A stretch of DNA of 64,000 nucleotides from Octopus sinensis. Its lineage: Eukaryota. A program made the position numbers and the translations under genes. Under the pieces are notes generated by a model, which made no database searches, was not told the origin of the DNA, and saw nothing but the letters and a program-made list of their open reading frames with translations. Below, piece after piece: positions 39,505-53,100 of this stretch (the stretch's first letter is position 1; each line of letters starts with the position of its first letter). The stretch is taken from NCBI RefSeq assembly GCF_006345805.1, contig NC_043021.1, positions 23,746,001-23,810,000 of the forward strand, read 5' to 3'.

Positions 39505-39808
39505 CAAGAAGCTGGCATTCCGTCGCTTGCTCCCACGAGGGTTCCAGGTGATCCGATCAATGGAACAGCCACTCCACAGACACGTGTACGTTTAACGTAC
39601 TTATCAGGGAGATTTAGCATGACACAAAACGCAATCAGGTTGGCCCTTCGAAATACAGGTACTACTATTTTTTTTGTTTTTGCTCACTGAGTGGATTGAA
39701 GCAATATGAAATAAAGTGTCTTACGCAAGGACACAATGTGTCGCCAGGAACTGAACTCATGACCTTACGATTGTGAGCCGAGAACCTTAACCATTAAGCT
39801 ACGCACCT
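39505..39808 (-). mobile_element. tRNA-derived SINE family D
   Basis: Head GGTGCGTAGCTTAATGGTTAAG...GAGTTCAGTTCC, then TGTGTCCTTGCGTAAGACACTT; related fragment at 18880-18960. Confidence 0.65.
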
Positions 39809-39859
39809 GAAACGGGTAAAAGGTAAATAAAAGATGAAATTTTGATGGTGGGAGCCAAT

Positions 39860-40930
39860 CGGACAAAATAATGGAAACACCTTAAAAATTCAAATAAATT
39901 AATTTTAATATGGGGTAGGACCACCTTTGGCAGTAATTAGAGCTTGTTTTTCTAAAATGCACCATAAATGTTCAATAATATTGAGATCTGGGGATTGTGG
40001 TGGCCAGATAAGATGTTCAACTACACTAGAATGTTCCTCGTGCCATTCAATAACAACTTTAGCTGTGTAAATTGGTGCATCATTATACTGAAAGATTGCG
40101 TTTCCCTCTGGAAACAGTTCCGCAACCATAGGATGAATTTGATGAGATAAAATGCTTAAACTGTCTTGACTATTAATACTGCCATGAAGGAAAACCATTG
40201 AGCCGGCGGATTTCCAAGATATAGCCCCCAGATCATCAGATCCACCACCATGTTTAAGAGTTAGAAGAAGGCAGTCTGGGTCAAATGCCTCTTTTGGCTG
40301 TCTCCACACGTATACTCGCCCGGTGGTCGGAAATAATATAAAGGTTGACTTGTCCGAGAAAGTAACATTCTTCCACTGCTCTAGGGACCAATTTTGTAGG
40401 TTTTTACTCCACTCTAATTGCTTTGCAACGTTTATTTTTGAATGTAGTGGTTTTCTGATTGCAGCCCTCGCGTGAAATCCGGCTTTGTGCAGCTCCCGGC
40501 GAACAGTTTTTGTGGAAACTGGGTTCTTAAGGTGGTCATTAAGCTCTGCAGTAAATTGGGGAGCTGTACTGTTGTGATCCTTTCTAATAATTCGCGTAAG
40601 AGTCCGGAGATTTGTTTCAACGAGGAAGTTTTTCCCTCTTTCTCAAAGGCTGCCATTACTTTCCAGACAGTATTTCTTGATACACCAAACATTTGGGCTG
40701 CCATATGCGCACCAACAATTTGACCCCTTTGAAAGTCCGATAGATCTATCATGTTAATGGATTTTGATTATCTTTTTCTGGTGATATCTGAAAGAAACAG
40801 CAATTTTAGCAAAACATATTAAGCAACACTAATAATAAATCAAAAGCAGAAAAATAAACAAGCTTTTGACAGTTTTATCAATATTTCAAAATTATGATGC
40901 TATGATGCTAGGTGTTTACATTATTTTGTA
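39860..40930 (-). mobile_element. Tc1-like transposon, internally deleted and frameshifted
   Basis: TIRs ACAAAATAATGGAAACACCT / AGGTGTTTACATTATTTTGT; DLSDFQRGQIVG, KHGGGS, WPPQSPDLNIIEHLW. Confidence 0.85.
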
Positions 40931-40939
40931 AGTAGCTGT

Positions 40940-41060
40940 GAGGTAAGTAGCTTTCTTCCCAACCACATGGTTCCGGGTTCAGTCCCACTGCGTGGCACCT
41001 AGGCCAAGTGTCTTCTACTATAGCCTCAGGCCGCCAAAGCCTTGTGAGTGGATTTGGCAT
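40940..41060 (+). mobile_element. SINE family A head fragment
   Basis: Matches family A 5' part. Confidence 0.75.
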
Positions 41061-41954
41061 TCAAACCTGGCTTGAATGCTTGCAACAGAGTAGAATTTGC
41101 TTAAGGCAGCTGAGGTCCCAGGTCGTGCTGCTAAGTCCGGACAACGGATTGAATATGCCGTGTCTGCTGGCCGTCTCGGGATTTGAACTCATAACGCGAA
41201 GACCGGGCAGTAATCTAGCAAGGTACCCGATCAGCTGCTTTCAAAGATCGTCAGTTCTCTGTTATGAATTCGTACCATTGTTGATGACTCCGAAAATGGT
41301 GGAAGGCAAATTTGACCTCTGGGAGACTTGAACTCAGAACATAGATATTGAAACAAATGCTACAAAGTAATCCTTGATATTAGCCTTCCATGTGTCGAGA
41401 TCTTTAATATCTAAGAAAGCATTTTTTAATATTTCACTACTGAACATGTACATACTGTCTGTTTTTAACGCAATCAAGCATGTCGAAAGACCCTCCTAAA
41501 TCTATGGGATTAATAAAATTAATATTCCTCTTGAAGACTTGCAGGAGAGACATGTACAAGGAGGTAAGTTAGAGGAAAGATGGACTGGGTGCTGTGGTTA
41601 TTAACTCGATGGGTCACAAGGGTGACAAGAGGAGGAAAGACAAATGTTTTGGAAATGCTTGAGTTGAGGAGATATGAACTCACTTCGAGGGGCATTCGAG
41701 ATCAGAAACCATTCCCTGTGGCAAGAAACCTATCGCTCCCCCAGATTTTAATTCCTCACTCCTTCTAATATAATGTAACCCCGTTATACATACATTGCCT
41801 AAGCTAAGATTCATGTAGTTCCTTCGGATTTTCAGACTTTATTCCTATATCACTCTACTAATTTATGTAATCCGGTTACACATGGCGTAGAGAATCACTC
41901 TTTGTTCTCTTATTTTATTAACATCTTCGTTCAACTCCATTTATTTATTTATTC

Positions 41955-42012
<58 letters not shown>

Positions 42013-42152
42013 TATATATATATATATACATATAATATATATTAGGGAATAATTTAATATAATATATATACATATATATATATATATATAATAATATATA
42101 TAATATATACATATAATAAATATTAGGGACTAATTTAATATAATATATATAC

Positions 42153-42184
<32 letters not shown>

Positions 42185-42185
42185 G

Positions 42186-42217
<32 letters not shown>

Positions 42218-42269
42218 TATATATATACATATATACATATATACATATACACATATATACATATACACG

Positions 42270-42427
42270 ACGAGCTTCTTTCGGTTTCCGTCTACGAAAT
42301 TCACTGAGAAGTCATTGGTCGACCCGTCGCTATATTAAAAGATACTTGCTTAGGGTGCCCCGCCGTGGTAATGAACCCGGAACCATGTGTTTGAGGAGCA
42401 ACTTCTTATCACACAGCCACGCCTGCG
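42270..42427 (-). mobile_element. SINE family A head fragment
   Basis: Reverse-strand match. Confidence 0.7.
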
Positions 42428-43059
42428 TCTGTTACTACTCAGCCAATCCTGCGCATTGATAACCTGTTCATGGAGTACTGGAATATTAGCAACAATTGTG
42501 ACTGTTCCGGAAACTTTTGATACCACTTCGTATGTATGTATATTATATTTGCTGATGTGTCTGCATTTATACATTACACTATACTGGAAATCGTCCAGTG
42601 ACAAGACTAAGTCACTACAGTTAGAGATAGGACGGGATACAGTTGATGACCCCATTGTCATCACCGGGCCCTGTTCGCACTCCAAAACGCTTGTTGTTCT
42701 CCCCACCCATGAGATATATCTGTGAGATAGACAAGGTTGAAATTAAACTGTAATTGTCCAAAACAGAAAAAAATTACTTAGCTATTGCAACAACGACTGT
42801 TTAGGTGAGGTGACTACATTGTTAACAGAAGGAAGACGGTGAGCTATGCATTGGGTCAAATCAATTTAAACAGTCCCTGTTAGCAAATAACAGTGTTAGA
42901 GAACACTATAAGTATTGATACTGTTTGAAGGTGCCGAAATCTTTGGAAACACAATTCGAGACCTGATGTAGAAGCTCCACATAAAATACAAATAATATAT
43001 ATTAATAAATATATACACAGACACACTGATGCAAAAAAGAAAAACACTGATGCACTCAC

Positions 43060-43165
43060 CTGCTTTGGCTTTAATAACACGAGCAGGGTCAAGTTCAGTG
43101 TGAAAATAAAATCCTTTGATTGCTAATACAAATGACATCAAAAGAACCGCGAGAAACCTCCACAT
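43060..43165 (-). CDS. STC: Stanniocalcin-like gene A, exon 1 (signal peptide; MWRFLAVLLMSFVLAIKGFYFHTELDPARVIKAKA + 1 nt)
   Basis: ATG at 43165, hydrophobic N-terminus, 106 nt ending G|GTGAGT (phase 1); splices in frame to the exon at 39401; homologous to the paralog exon at 15605-15704. Symbol is family-level only. Confidence 0.85.
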
Positions 43166-43272
43166 GTTTTCTACTTCTTTCTGCCTACTTAAATACCAAA
43201 GTCTTGTGCTGCTATCAATGTGTTCTGCTCTCTTCAAATCCTTCTCTCGAATTGTATTACTGATGTCTGCAT

Positions 43273-43279
43273 TATATAG
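43273..43279 (-). promoter_or_regulatory. Possible TATA box (TATATAA) upstream of gene A
   Basis: About 110 nt upstream of the ATG, just 5' of the UTR segment shared with paralog B; AT-rich context makes this weak. Confidence 0.25.
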
Positions 43280-43342
43280 TTTTTGTTACAATTTATTTTC
43301 CCCCTCTCACTTTCTTGTCTCAGTGTCACTCTCTTCATATGC

Positions 43343-43412
<70 letters not shown>

Positions 43413-43417
43413 ATATA

Positions 43418-43484
<67 letters not shown>

Positions 43485-43919
43485 TATATATATATTATAT
43501 ATATATATACACGTATATATGTATGTGTGTGTGTCTGACTCTCTGTGTCTATACATACATATATATTTGTATGAACGCATATATATATATATATAATATA
43601 TATATATACGTATGTTTGTATGTTTGTATGTATGTATGCCAACGCACTCGCTCATCAGACAACCCGCTAACTCATTCATTGGTATTCTGTCAAGTTGACA
43701 AACACTGATATATTAGCTAAAGGAATATAAAAAAAATATATGATTCGTTTTCATAAAACAATATTCGCAAAAAGAGAAAGGGAGACATACCTGTACTTCA
43801 ACCATTTTGAATTTAAGGGCTTCCAAAATTTGCCTGGCATCGGTAAACTCAAACCTACATGGTGTTATCAAATTCTTCCCTATCATTTGCAGTCAATAAT
43901 TAACAGTTAAATAATAACC

Positions 43920-43921
43920 CA

Positions 43922-44000
<79 letters not shown>
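43920..44000. repeat. (TATC)n microsatellite, left flank of the LINE stack
   Basis: Direct reading. Confidence 0.95.
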
Positions 44001-44001
<1 letters not shown>

Positions 44002-45370
44002 CATTTGCTGTCAACACCCGTTAAAAGGAGGACTGGGCATGCCGTGGTTGATGATGCGCAGACACGCGCTGAGACTGCGACATCTCAGGCTCTTCGTAGA
44101 CGACGGTGAACAGGTGTGGTCGCCGTTTGTGAGGCACGCTTTCCCGCAGCTCGTCTCCATGACCGAACTGCAGTCGTGGATCAAAAAGAGGCCGAGGAAG
44201 GGTGAATGGCACCACGAGTGTCGCGTTGCTCTCAAGCAACTCTGCCGTCCTGGGTCGACCTTGAGTGACTTCAACACAACCAAAGCATTCTATAGGGGAT
44301 TAGTGGAGGGGAGGTACGACGACGAGCTCGGGGCGAACCTGGACGTCGACGAGGAGTACCTGACCCGCCTGTTCAGGACGACTTTCGGGCCAGGGCCCAT
44401 GGACAACGTCCAGAGATCCCTGGCCTGGCAGTGCTACCGAGAAGCGCTACACGTTCGGGATAAGCTCTACAGACACGGCTCGAGAAACACGGGGCCGACC
44501 TGCCCGAGATGCGGTCAGAGCGACGAAACCGTTCTGCACGCACACGTGCAGTGTCCAACAATTTCCGACCTGTGAGCTTATGTCGAACAACTGTCACGTG
44601 TGGGACGAGTCGGTTTATCAGCTGAGTCTATCGTCAATATTGTCACGCCTCCTTCCTTCAAACGGGAAGGAAGAGCTATTTTCATCATCTTTGTGGCTAT
44701 GGCGAAAGAATGTATCTGGTGGACGCGTCTGAAAGGATTGGAGACAAACACTTTCCTCTCTGGTCAATCTCTCATCAACTTCTTCAAGTACCACTTGAAA
44801 AGGAAAGTGAGATTAGAGAGGCAAGTTTTGTCTAGCGAATGTTTTAAAAAAAGATGGGTGACTGTAGCAAGGATGGCACGTATGAATGACGAAGCCACCT
44901 TGAGCATAATCCTATGAACCCAGAAATTGAAAACAGAGGGTTACCCACTTGCAAACAAATGTGGTAACATGTAACAATATTGACCAAGGTTACCGTGGTC
45001 TTTTTCGTAGGCTTTTCTTCCCACAGATAAACCTTACTTGTTTTCCCCTTTACACCATATATCATAACACTGTGATACACGATCCCTATTGATCGTTTTT
45101 TTTCCTCTTCCCCTTTTTTCCCCCTTTTTCTTCTTTTTTCATTTCTCTTTTCTTTTGTTCCTTTTCCTTTTCTTTTTTTTCTTTTTATTCTTTTTATTTT
45201 ATTTTATTTATTTTTTTGTTCTTTTCTTCCCTTTTACGATCCCTCTTGATCGAAAACCTACGCCACCCCTTTTTTTTCTTTTGTTTTTTGTTTTTTTCAT
45301 CCCCAAAAGAAAAGCTCTACCTTGTAACTTGTCCCATCTATGTGCAGCCCTGTGTGGCCAATAAAGAAAC

Positions 45371-45371
<1 letters not shown>
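43999..45371 (+). mobile_element. L1/Tx1-clade LINE, 5'-truncated copy (ORF2 C-terminus + 3' UTR)
   Basis: ORFs 44039-44575 and 44600-44917 with CPRCGQSDETVLHAHVQCP; AATAAA at 45360 then (TATC)n. Confidence 0.9.
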
Positions 45372-45418
<47 letters not shown>

Positions 45419-45419
45419 A

Positions 45420-45452
<33 letters not shown>

Positions 45453-45460
45453 CTGTCTAT

Positions 45461-48400
45461 GGATGTGCTGTCTCATCGACTCCGAAGGTAATTCTTTATT
45501 TTGACTATTTATAGCCCAATTTTTGTGTACATTTTTGTAAATAAGTTGTGTAAGGCACCCAACTTTCGTTTGAGTGCTTTTCCAAGGGAGGAATTCGCCC
45601 CTAGGGGCAGTTTCAACCCTATTTAATTTTTGTAATTTCTTTCTAGACATTTTCAAAATGTCAAGAAATTGTATTGTAGAACAATGGTCGCGTTCCTTTA
45701 TCGACCAGCTTTCTCCTAGACTGGAAACGCTAGGAGAAAAAAAGAATTTTTGCGCGCAAAGTAAAATTATCAATGACTTTGCAATGAACGCTACATCTAC
45801 GTGTAGTAACAGCCCTGTCACCAACATCGCCACTAGCAAGAACAACATAGAGACTACTACTGTTACCACCACCGCCTTCACCACCACCACCACCGCCTTC
45901 ACCACCACCACCGCCGCCACCTCATCCACTACCTCAACTACCAACAGCAACAACAATAACAATGACAACAAAAATAAAAATTGCGCCACTATTTAAATAC
46001 AAACACACCATCATCAAACCCCCCAACAATGTTGACAGCCATAAACACAAATAACCACGACCTAATGGAATACATTAGGTCAAACACCAACATAACTGAA
46101 AACGACATAAAAACAAATAACCACCCACGCACAACACCACCACAACATATTAAAATAATACACGTAACACAGAACACACACCCAGCACCCTGAAATCTCT
46201 CTACCCTGATACAGTAGGGAGATTTCAAAAATACCTATCAAAGAAACTTTACAAAACCTCATGGGAGAAGACTGTGAGGTGAAAAACAAAGGACTTTCGG
46301 ACGATAAGTAACCTTTTCTCTCTCTCTTTCCTTTCTTCGCACTTTCTTTTCGTGTGTAAAACACAATTTTCTATAGGAGCATGCTCAAAATAGGCAGTAT
46401 AAATGTACGTGGCTTGGGGTCGCCTTGGAAACAAGGCTACCTGTTAAATGATATCAAGTCACTAAATCTGAATGTCATAGCCATCAGTGAGACCAGACTC
46501 CACAGCTCGGGGGCACTCCAGCACATGTTCGGCACACATTTCAACATTTATTTTTCTCCGTGTCTACCGAGAATGGGCGGAGGTGGCACCGCGGTGCTTC
46601 TCCGGAAGAGTTTGAACCTCAAAGTAAGAGCAAATTTCCTAGACCCGGAGGGTAGGCTGGTTGTTTTTGGATGTCGATGGCAGCAATGAGTATGCTTTTC
46701 GACTGATAACAGTTCATGCACCGTCCTTAACAGGCCGACCAGATTTCTTTCGACGTCTAGAGTCTTTCATGGGAACGTCTCGTCCTTTACTTAGTGGAGG
46801 ATTGGAATGCCACCCTGGACACGCATCTAGACTACGTGGGCAGAGATAGCAATAGAAAGGGATGCAAATGCCTCAAAGACCTGCTCAGACGTTTCCAACT
46901 GTCTGACAGGTACCGACTGGACCATCCGAATGTGCCAATGTGGACGTGGAGTAACCGCATCGGGTCGTCCAGATCGTACTTAGATAGAGTATTCTGTAGG
47001 ACAATATATAAAAATAGTGTAGGTTGTCCACAATTTCATATAGTCAGTTACACAGATCACAAGTTTGTGACTTGTACACTTGACTTAGATAAGACACATA
47101 GGCAGGGTCCTGGTTACTGGAAGCTGAACGCGTCTTTTACAGCACGACAGATTTACAGGGACCGGATCAGCACATTAGTTAAGAGAGCTTTGACGGGTAC
47201 CATCATCAACAACAGATGGTGGTATGCCCTAAAAAAAGCAATTAAAGCAGAATCAGTCAGATACAGTAAAGCCCTAGCATTAGACCGAAATAGAATAGAG
47301 CGAGACTTAGTTAAGGTTTTAGAAGAGGCACTTAGGAGTGGCATCGCGTCCAACGTACTGGCAGCGAGGTTGGCCCTCGACCAACACCTCAACGCCAAAC
47401 ACGAAGGATGCGTTGTCAGAGCTAGGATGCGTGATCTGAGGAACGAAGGAGTTGGAGCCGCCCAAGAGGCCCGAGTGGTGGAGACGCAACGAGGCAACAG
47501 AGCCACCATCAAGTCTCTTACAGATGAACAGGGGCACGAATTGCTCGAGCCTAAAAGGATGTGTGGGGCTTTTCAACAACACTTCACCCAACTGTTTGGG
47601 ACAAGTGGTGGGTCAGAACGCAGAGTAGACTTTAGTGCCTACCTGCATGCCTTGTCACGACTCACAGCAAGAGAGGTGGAGTCTTGTGAAAGGCCAATCA
47701 CAGTTGCGGACGTACAGGATGCGATGGTAGGCTGTGCGAGAGACAAGTCACCAGGCTTGGATGGTCTGCCCTACGAACTTTATTTTCATATGCCAGACTT
47801 GTTTGGTGGCGTCTTGGCAGCTGTCTACTGCAACTAGCAGCAAAACGGGAGTATCCCTGCTTTTGTAAAGCGAGGAGCTGTGGCACTGATTAAGAAAGAC
47901 CCAAACAAGGGGGACGTCATAGATAATTTCAGGCCCATCACTCTGCTCAACGCAGATTTGAACATTTTGGCCAAGGTGTTAGCCGAGAGGTTGGCACTTG
48001 TCATCAGGAAACTAGTCGACAAGGCGCAAACATGCGCCCTGTCGGGTAGAAGTATTCATGACAACCTCCATCTGATGCGCTAATTCATAGACAGGGTAGT
48101 CAAGAATCCTGGCATGGGTGGGGCGCTGATCAATTTGGATCAATCAAAAGCTTTCGATAGGGTAGACCATCACTACTTGGAGGCTGTCCTTAAAGCGGCT
48201 GGTTTCGGTCCAGTTTTCCGCGGTTGGATCGCTGCCTGATACAGCGGCATCCGCTCAGTAGTTCGCGTAAATAGTCATTTATCCAGACCTTTTAACATCA
48301 TGCGTTCGGTTCGTCAGGGATGCCCCCTCTCATCGCTTCTGTATGTATTGACTCTTGAGCCACTACTGCGGAAACTGGCGATGCTGACGGGCATCCCACG

Positions 48401-50118
48401 AGAGCTGGGATGCGGGAGGAGCGTGTCTGCATACGCGGATGACGTCACCGTCATAGTGACGAGCTACCAGCACATCGAGCTGGTCGGCGAGATACTAAAA
48501 GAATACGAAGCGGTAACGGGAGCAAAAATTAACCGGGAAAAGTCAGTGGGCTTGCGGCTCGGCACCTGGAGAAGCAGGCCCATGCCGTCCAACAGCGTCT
48601 CCATCGTGGGACGCTGGACGGACGGACCGGTTAAATTGCTCGGGGTCTGGTTCGGTCCGGACCTCCAAATGGAGAAGAACTGGGGCGAAATAACGACTAG
48701 GGTGGCTACTCTCACCAAGAAATGGACTGAGAGAAAGCTATCCCTAAAAGGTTGGGCGGAGGTGGCGAACGCGTACATCGCATCTGTCATCGAGTATCGT
48801 CTGACCGTCGTGCCTTGTCCCGACCCTACCATCATCAAACTTGAACGTATACTCCTCCGCTTCCTGTGGAAGAGAAACGTCCCGATGGTTAGGCGATCCA
48901 TTTGCTGTCAACACCCGCTAAATGGAGGGCTGGGCATGCCGTGGTTGATGATGCGCAGACATGCACTGAGACTGCGAAATCTCCGGCGCTTCATAGACGA
49001 CGGTGAACAGGTGTGGTCGCCTTTTGTGCGGCGTGCTTTCCCGCAGCTCGTCTCCTTGGCCGAACTACAGTCATGGATCAAGCAGAGACCGAGGCTAGGC
49101 GAATGGCACCGCGAGTGTCGCGTTGCTCTCAAGCAACACTGCCGTCCGGGATCGAACTTGTGCGACTCCATCACAACAAAGGCATTCTATAGAGGATTAG
49201 TGGAGGGAAGGTGCGATGACGAACTCGGGCAGAGTCTGGGCGTCGACGAGGAACACCTGACCCACCTTTTCAGGACAACTTTCGGGCCGGGACCTATGAA
49301 CAATCACCAAAGATCCATGGCCTGGCAGTGCTATCGAGAAGCATTAACTGTTCGGGATAAGCTCTACAGACACGGTCCCAGACACACAGGACCGACTTGC
49401 CCGAGATGCGGTCAGAGCGACGAAACCGTTCTGCACGCACTCGTGCAATGTCCAACCATTTCAGACCTATAAACTTATGCCGAACGGCTGCTGTCACGTG
49501 TGGGACGAGTCCACCTAACGGCCGAGTCTATCGTGGAAATTGCTCCGCCCCCTTCCCTCAACCGGGAAGGCAAGGCAGTTTTCATCGTACTGGTGGCCAT
49601 AGTGAAAGAATGTGTGTGGTGGACCCGAGCGAAAGGATTAGGGACAAATACTTACCTCTCTGGCCAATCGCTCATCAACTTTTTCAAGTACCACTTGAAA
49701 AGGAAGGTGAGAATGGATAGGGAAGTTTGTCTCGCGAAAGATTCAAAAAAAGATGGGTGAATGTTGCAAAGATGGTGCGTGCGAGTGACGAAACCATTTT
49801 GAGCATGATCCTGTAGATCGTAAAAAAGAAGGAGAGAGAGCATTTTGCTCTCATGTGGTTATTTCCTCCCTGACTGAGGTTCCCGTGGTCTTTTCTGTAG
49901 GCTTTTCTTCCCACGGATGAACCTAATCTTGTTTTATCAATGTTTTTTTATCAATGTTTCTGTGATACACGATTTCTTTTTTTTTTGTTGCCTCCTCTCG
50001 ATCCCTTTTGATAGCAATCTTACATTTATTTTCCTTTTTTTCCACCCTCGAAAAGAAAAGCTCTACATTTGTATTTGTCCCATCTGTATTCAGCCCTGAG
50101 TGGCTAATAAAAGAAAGT
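45461..50118 (+). mobile_element. L1/Tx1-clade LINE copy 1: intact ends, ORF1 internally deleted, ORF2 disrupted
   Basis: APE endonuclease (46381; NVRGL, AISET, GDWN-type motifs), RT (KSPGLDGLP, FRPITLLN, DQSKAFDRV, RQGCPLS, YADD), CCHC finger; AATAAA at 50106 then (TATC)3. Confidence 0.95.
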
Positions 50119-50130
50119 TATCTATCTATC

Positions 50131-53100
50131 GACTGACGTGTTGTCACATCGGCTCCGAAGGTAATCGTTTATTCTGACTATTTATAGCCCACATTTTGTG
50201 TACATTTTTCTAAATAAGGTGTGTAAAGCACCCAACTTTCGTTTGAGTGCTTTTCCAAGGGAGGAATTAGCCCCTAGGGGCAGTTTCAACCCTAATTAAA
50301 TTGTATAGTTTTCTTCTCGACATTAAAAAATGTCGATAAATTTTATTGTCGAACGCTGGTCAAATTCCTTCATGGACCAGCATTTTCCTAGCCTTGAAAC
50401 TCCTGCACGCACACACATTCGAATAGAACAGACATGACCAGCAAGACATCAAAGACAAATCTGAGTGACGTGGAAGTGAACGCTGCAACCACTTTCGTTA
50501 ACAGCCCTGTCACCACCACCACCAACAACAACAAGACTACCACTGCTACCACCACCACCACCACCACCACCACCACCACCACCACCACCACCACTACCAC
50601 CACCAACATAAATGATAAAAATGAAACTGACTCAAATAGCATTAACAACAACAACAAGAAGAATAACAACAACAAAGATGAAATAAATATCATATCATCC
50701 AATAGTGAAGATATTATTAACATAACAGAAACAACAGTACCTGAAAAAGCCACGTCCAAGAATATTTTGGATACAACAACAACAAAAACACACAACGACA
50801 ACAACTGCCAGAATAGAACAGTGAATTTCGCTGACACCCTGCGTCAGAAAAAGGAAATAATAAAATTTACAAATGAAGAGTTGATAGAAACGAGAGCACT
50901 CTTTACAACCTCAGGGCAGGATTTAGTATTGCATACACCTCAACACGTAAAGGAACAAATAGAAAACAAAACGATTATATATAAAATTATTAAAAAAAGC
51001 AAAAAACAAAATGAACAGATAACAAAAACGGACATAGAAAAGTGTGCAAAAAACATGAAAACAAAAGAATATATAAACTGGGATCCCCAGTTTAATACAG
51101 TGGTGGTCCGCTTCCCTAACCAGGAAGTGGAAAAAGCTCACTCTACGGAGACTTTACAAAATGATGAAATCATCATGATTCCGTATTACAAAGGACAAAG
51201 AGTGAGCAAAATTAGAATTAAAAATGTCCCAACAGATATACCACCGAAATGGATAACATCGGCGATATGTTACCATTTAAAAACGATAAATATATTAGAA
51301 ATCGCCGTGTACAAAAATTACAATTGGGGTGGTAAATCGATAGAAGTTACCATCCAGATTGATGGGTCCTCTATCGAGAACCTACCTGATAGAATCCATT
51401 TAGAAAATGGGCAAAGCCTATATGTTGTAGCAGAAGGGAAAAAGCCAAGATGCTACAACTGTGGCAGACCAGAACACTTAATTGCAAAGTGCATTCTAGG
51501 ACAGAAAATAACAAGAAAGAACAAATCAGAAAACAAATAAAAAACCCTTGCTACCAACACCAACGCCACACTCAATTATGGAACAATGCCAAGAAAAACA
51601 ACAAACCAGCAAACAATCCCCAACAACATCACCAAGAAAAGAAACAGCACCAACACAATCACAGTTGACGTCGCAACCAATTCAACATACTGAACCAACA
51701 CCAAAATGTAAACCAACACCAGCACCAATGATGACAACTAAAAAAACAGAAAACAGTAACGAGAAAACAAATTCTACCCCTAACACCACAACACAAACAC
51801 CGCACAAAACATCAACAATTTCTACAAACATATATATTAACGCAAATGCTTTGCCTTTACCCGCTTCTGATTCGTCGGACTCGCCGTCCAACGACAAAAG
51901 TTCGACGTAATGGCAAATAGCCACAGGGGGTAAAAGGAAAAGATAAAAAAAGCCCACCAAACAAGTAAGTAAAGCAGGAAGATATTTAACTCCGGACAGC
52001 ATCCCCTTAGACAATAAAAAAAAATCAATGACCCCCTCGAAACCACACAAATAGACACAGACAATGAAAAACTAATGGATTAAATTGCATCCAACACGAA
52101 CATCTGTGAAGATGACTTTAAGACAATCATCCGCGCACCACACCACCGAAACACATAAGAATTGTACACATAAGACAAACACAACACCATACACTGAAAA
52201 CAATATTTCCAAATGCGGTAGGCGGGTTTCAACGATACCTCTCCAAAAAACTATACAAACACCTCCTCAAAGACACTACAAAAGAAGAAGAAAAAACTGA
52301 AACTTTCGAAATGAGAAAGTGACCTTCCCTCTTGTCTCTTGTCTCTTCCAATGTAGTGTGTGAAACACAAATTTCTTAAACTTCAATTATGCCTAAATTA
52401 GGTTGTGTGAATGCACGTGGCTTGGCGTCGGCTTGGAAGCAAGGTTACCTTCTAAACGACATCAAATCACTGAACGTGGACATAGTAGCTATCAGTGAAA
52501 CCAGACTCAGCAAGCCGCGGGCCCTCGCGTCCATGTTTGGCGATCAATTCGACATTTATTTTTCTCCCTGTCTGCCGAATATGGGTGGTGGAGGTACCGC
52601 AGTGCTTTTTCGAAAGAGTCTAAATGTAAAAGTAAGAACAATATTCCTAGACCCGGAGGGTAGGCTGGTTGTCTTGGACGTGGATGGCAGAAATGGGTGT
52701 GCATTCCGTCTGATGGCAGTTTATGCACCGTACGTAACGGGTCGGACGGATTTCTTCAGACGTCTAGAGTTTTTCCTGGGTACGTCTAGACCTTTACTGT
52801 TAGTAGGGGATTGGAACGCTACCTTGGAAACGCATCTAGACTATGTGGGAATGGATAGGAATAAAAGGGGGTGTAAGTGCCTCAAAGACCTACTCAGACG
52901 TTTCCATTTGTCTGACAGGTTCCGACTCGACCATCCGAACGTGCCAACGTGGACTTGGACAAACAGCGTCGGATCGTCGAGATCTTATCTAGATAGAATT
53001 CTATGCAGGACAGCGGATAGGGATAGTGTAGGATGTCCACAATTTAAAATAATCAGCTACACAGATCACAAATTTGTGACGTGTACGCTCGACTTAGATA

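Noticed and set aside
42350-42725. Possible extra exon or Ig-like ORF in intron 1 of gene A
   Set aside because: Its open frame is phase 2 and incompatible with the phase 1 donor; exon 1 joins exon 2 directly with homology support; no recognisable domain
50131-50170. Hammerhead or HDV ribozyme at the LINE 5' end
   Set aside because: CTGACGT/CGAAG deviate from the core, CTGA is absent in copy 1, and no HDV L3/J4-2 motifs were found
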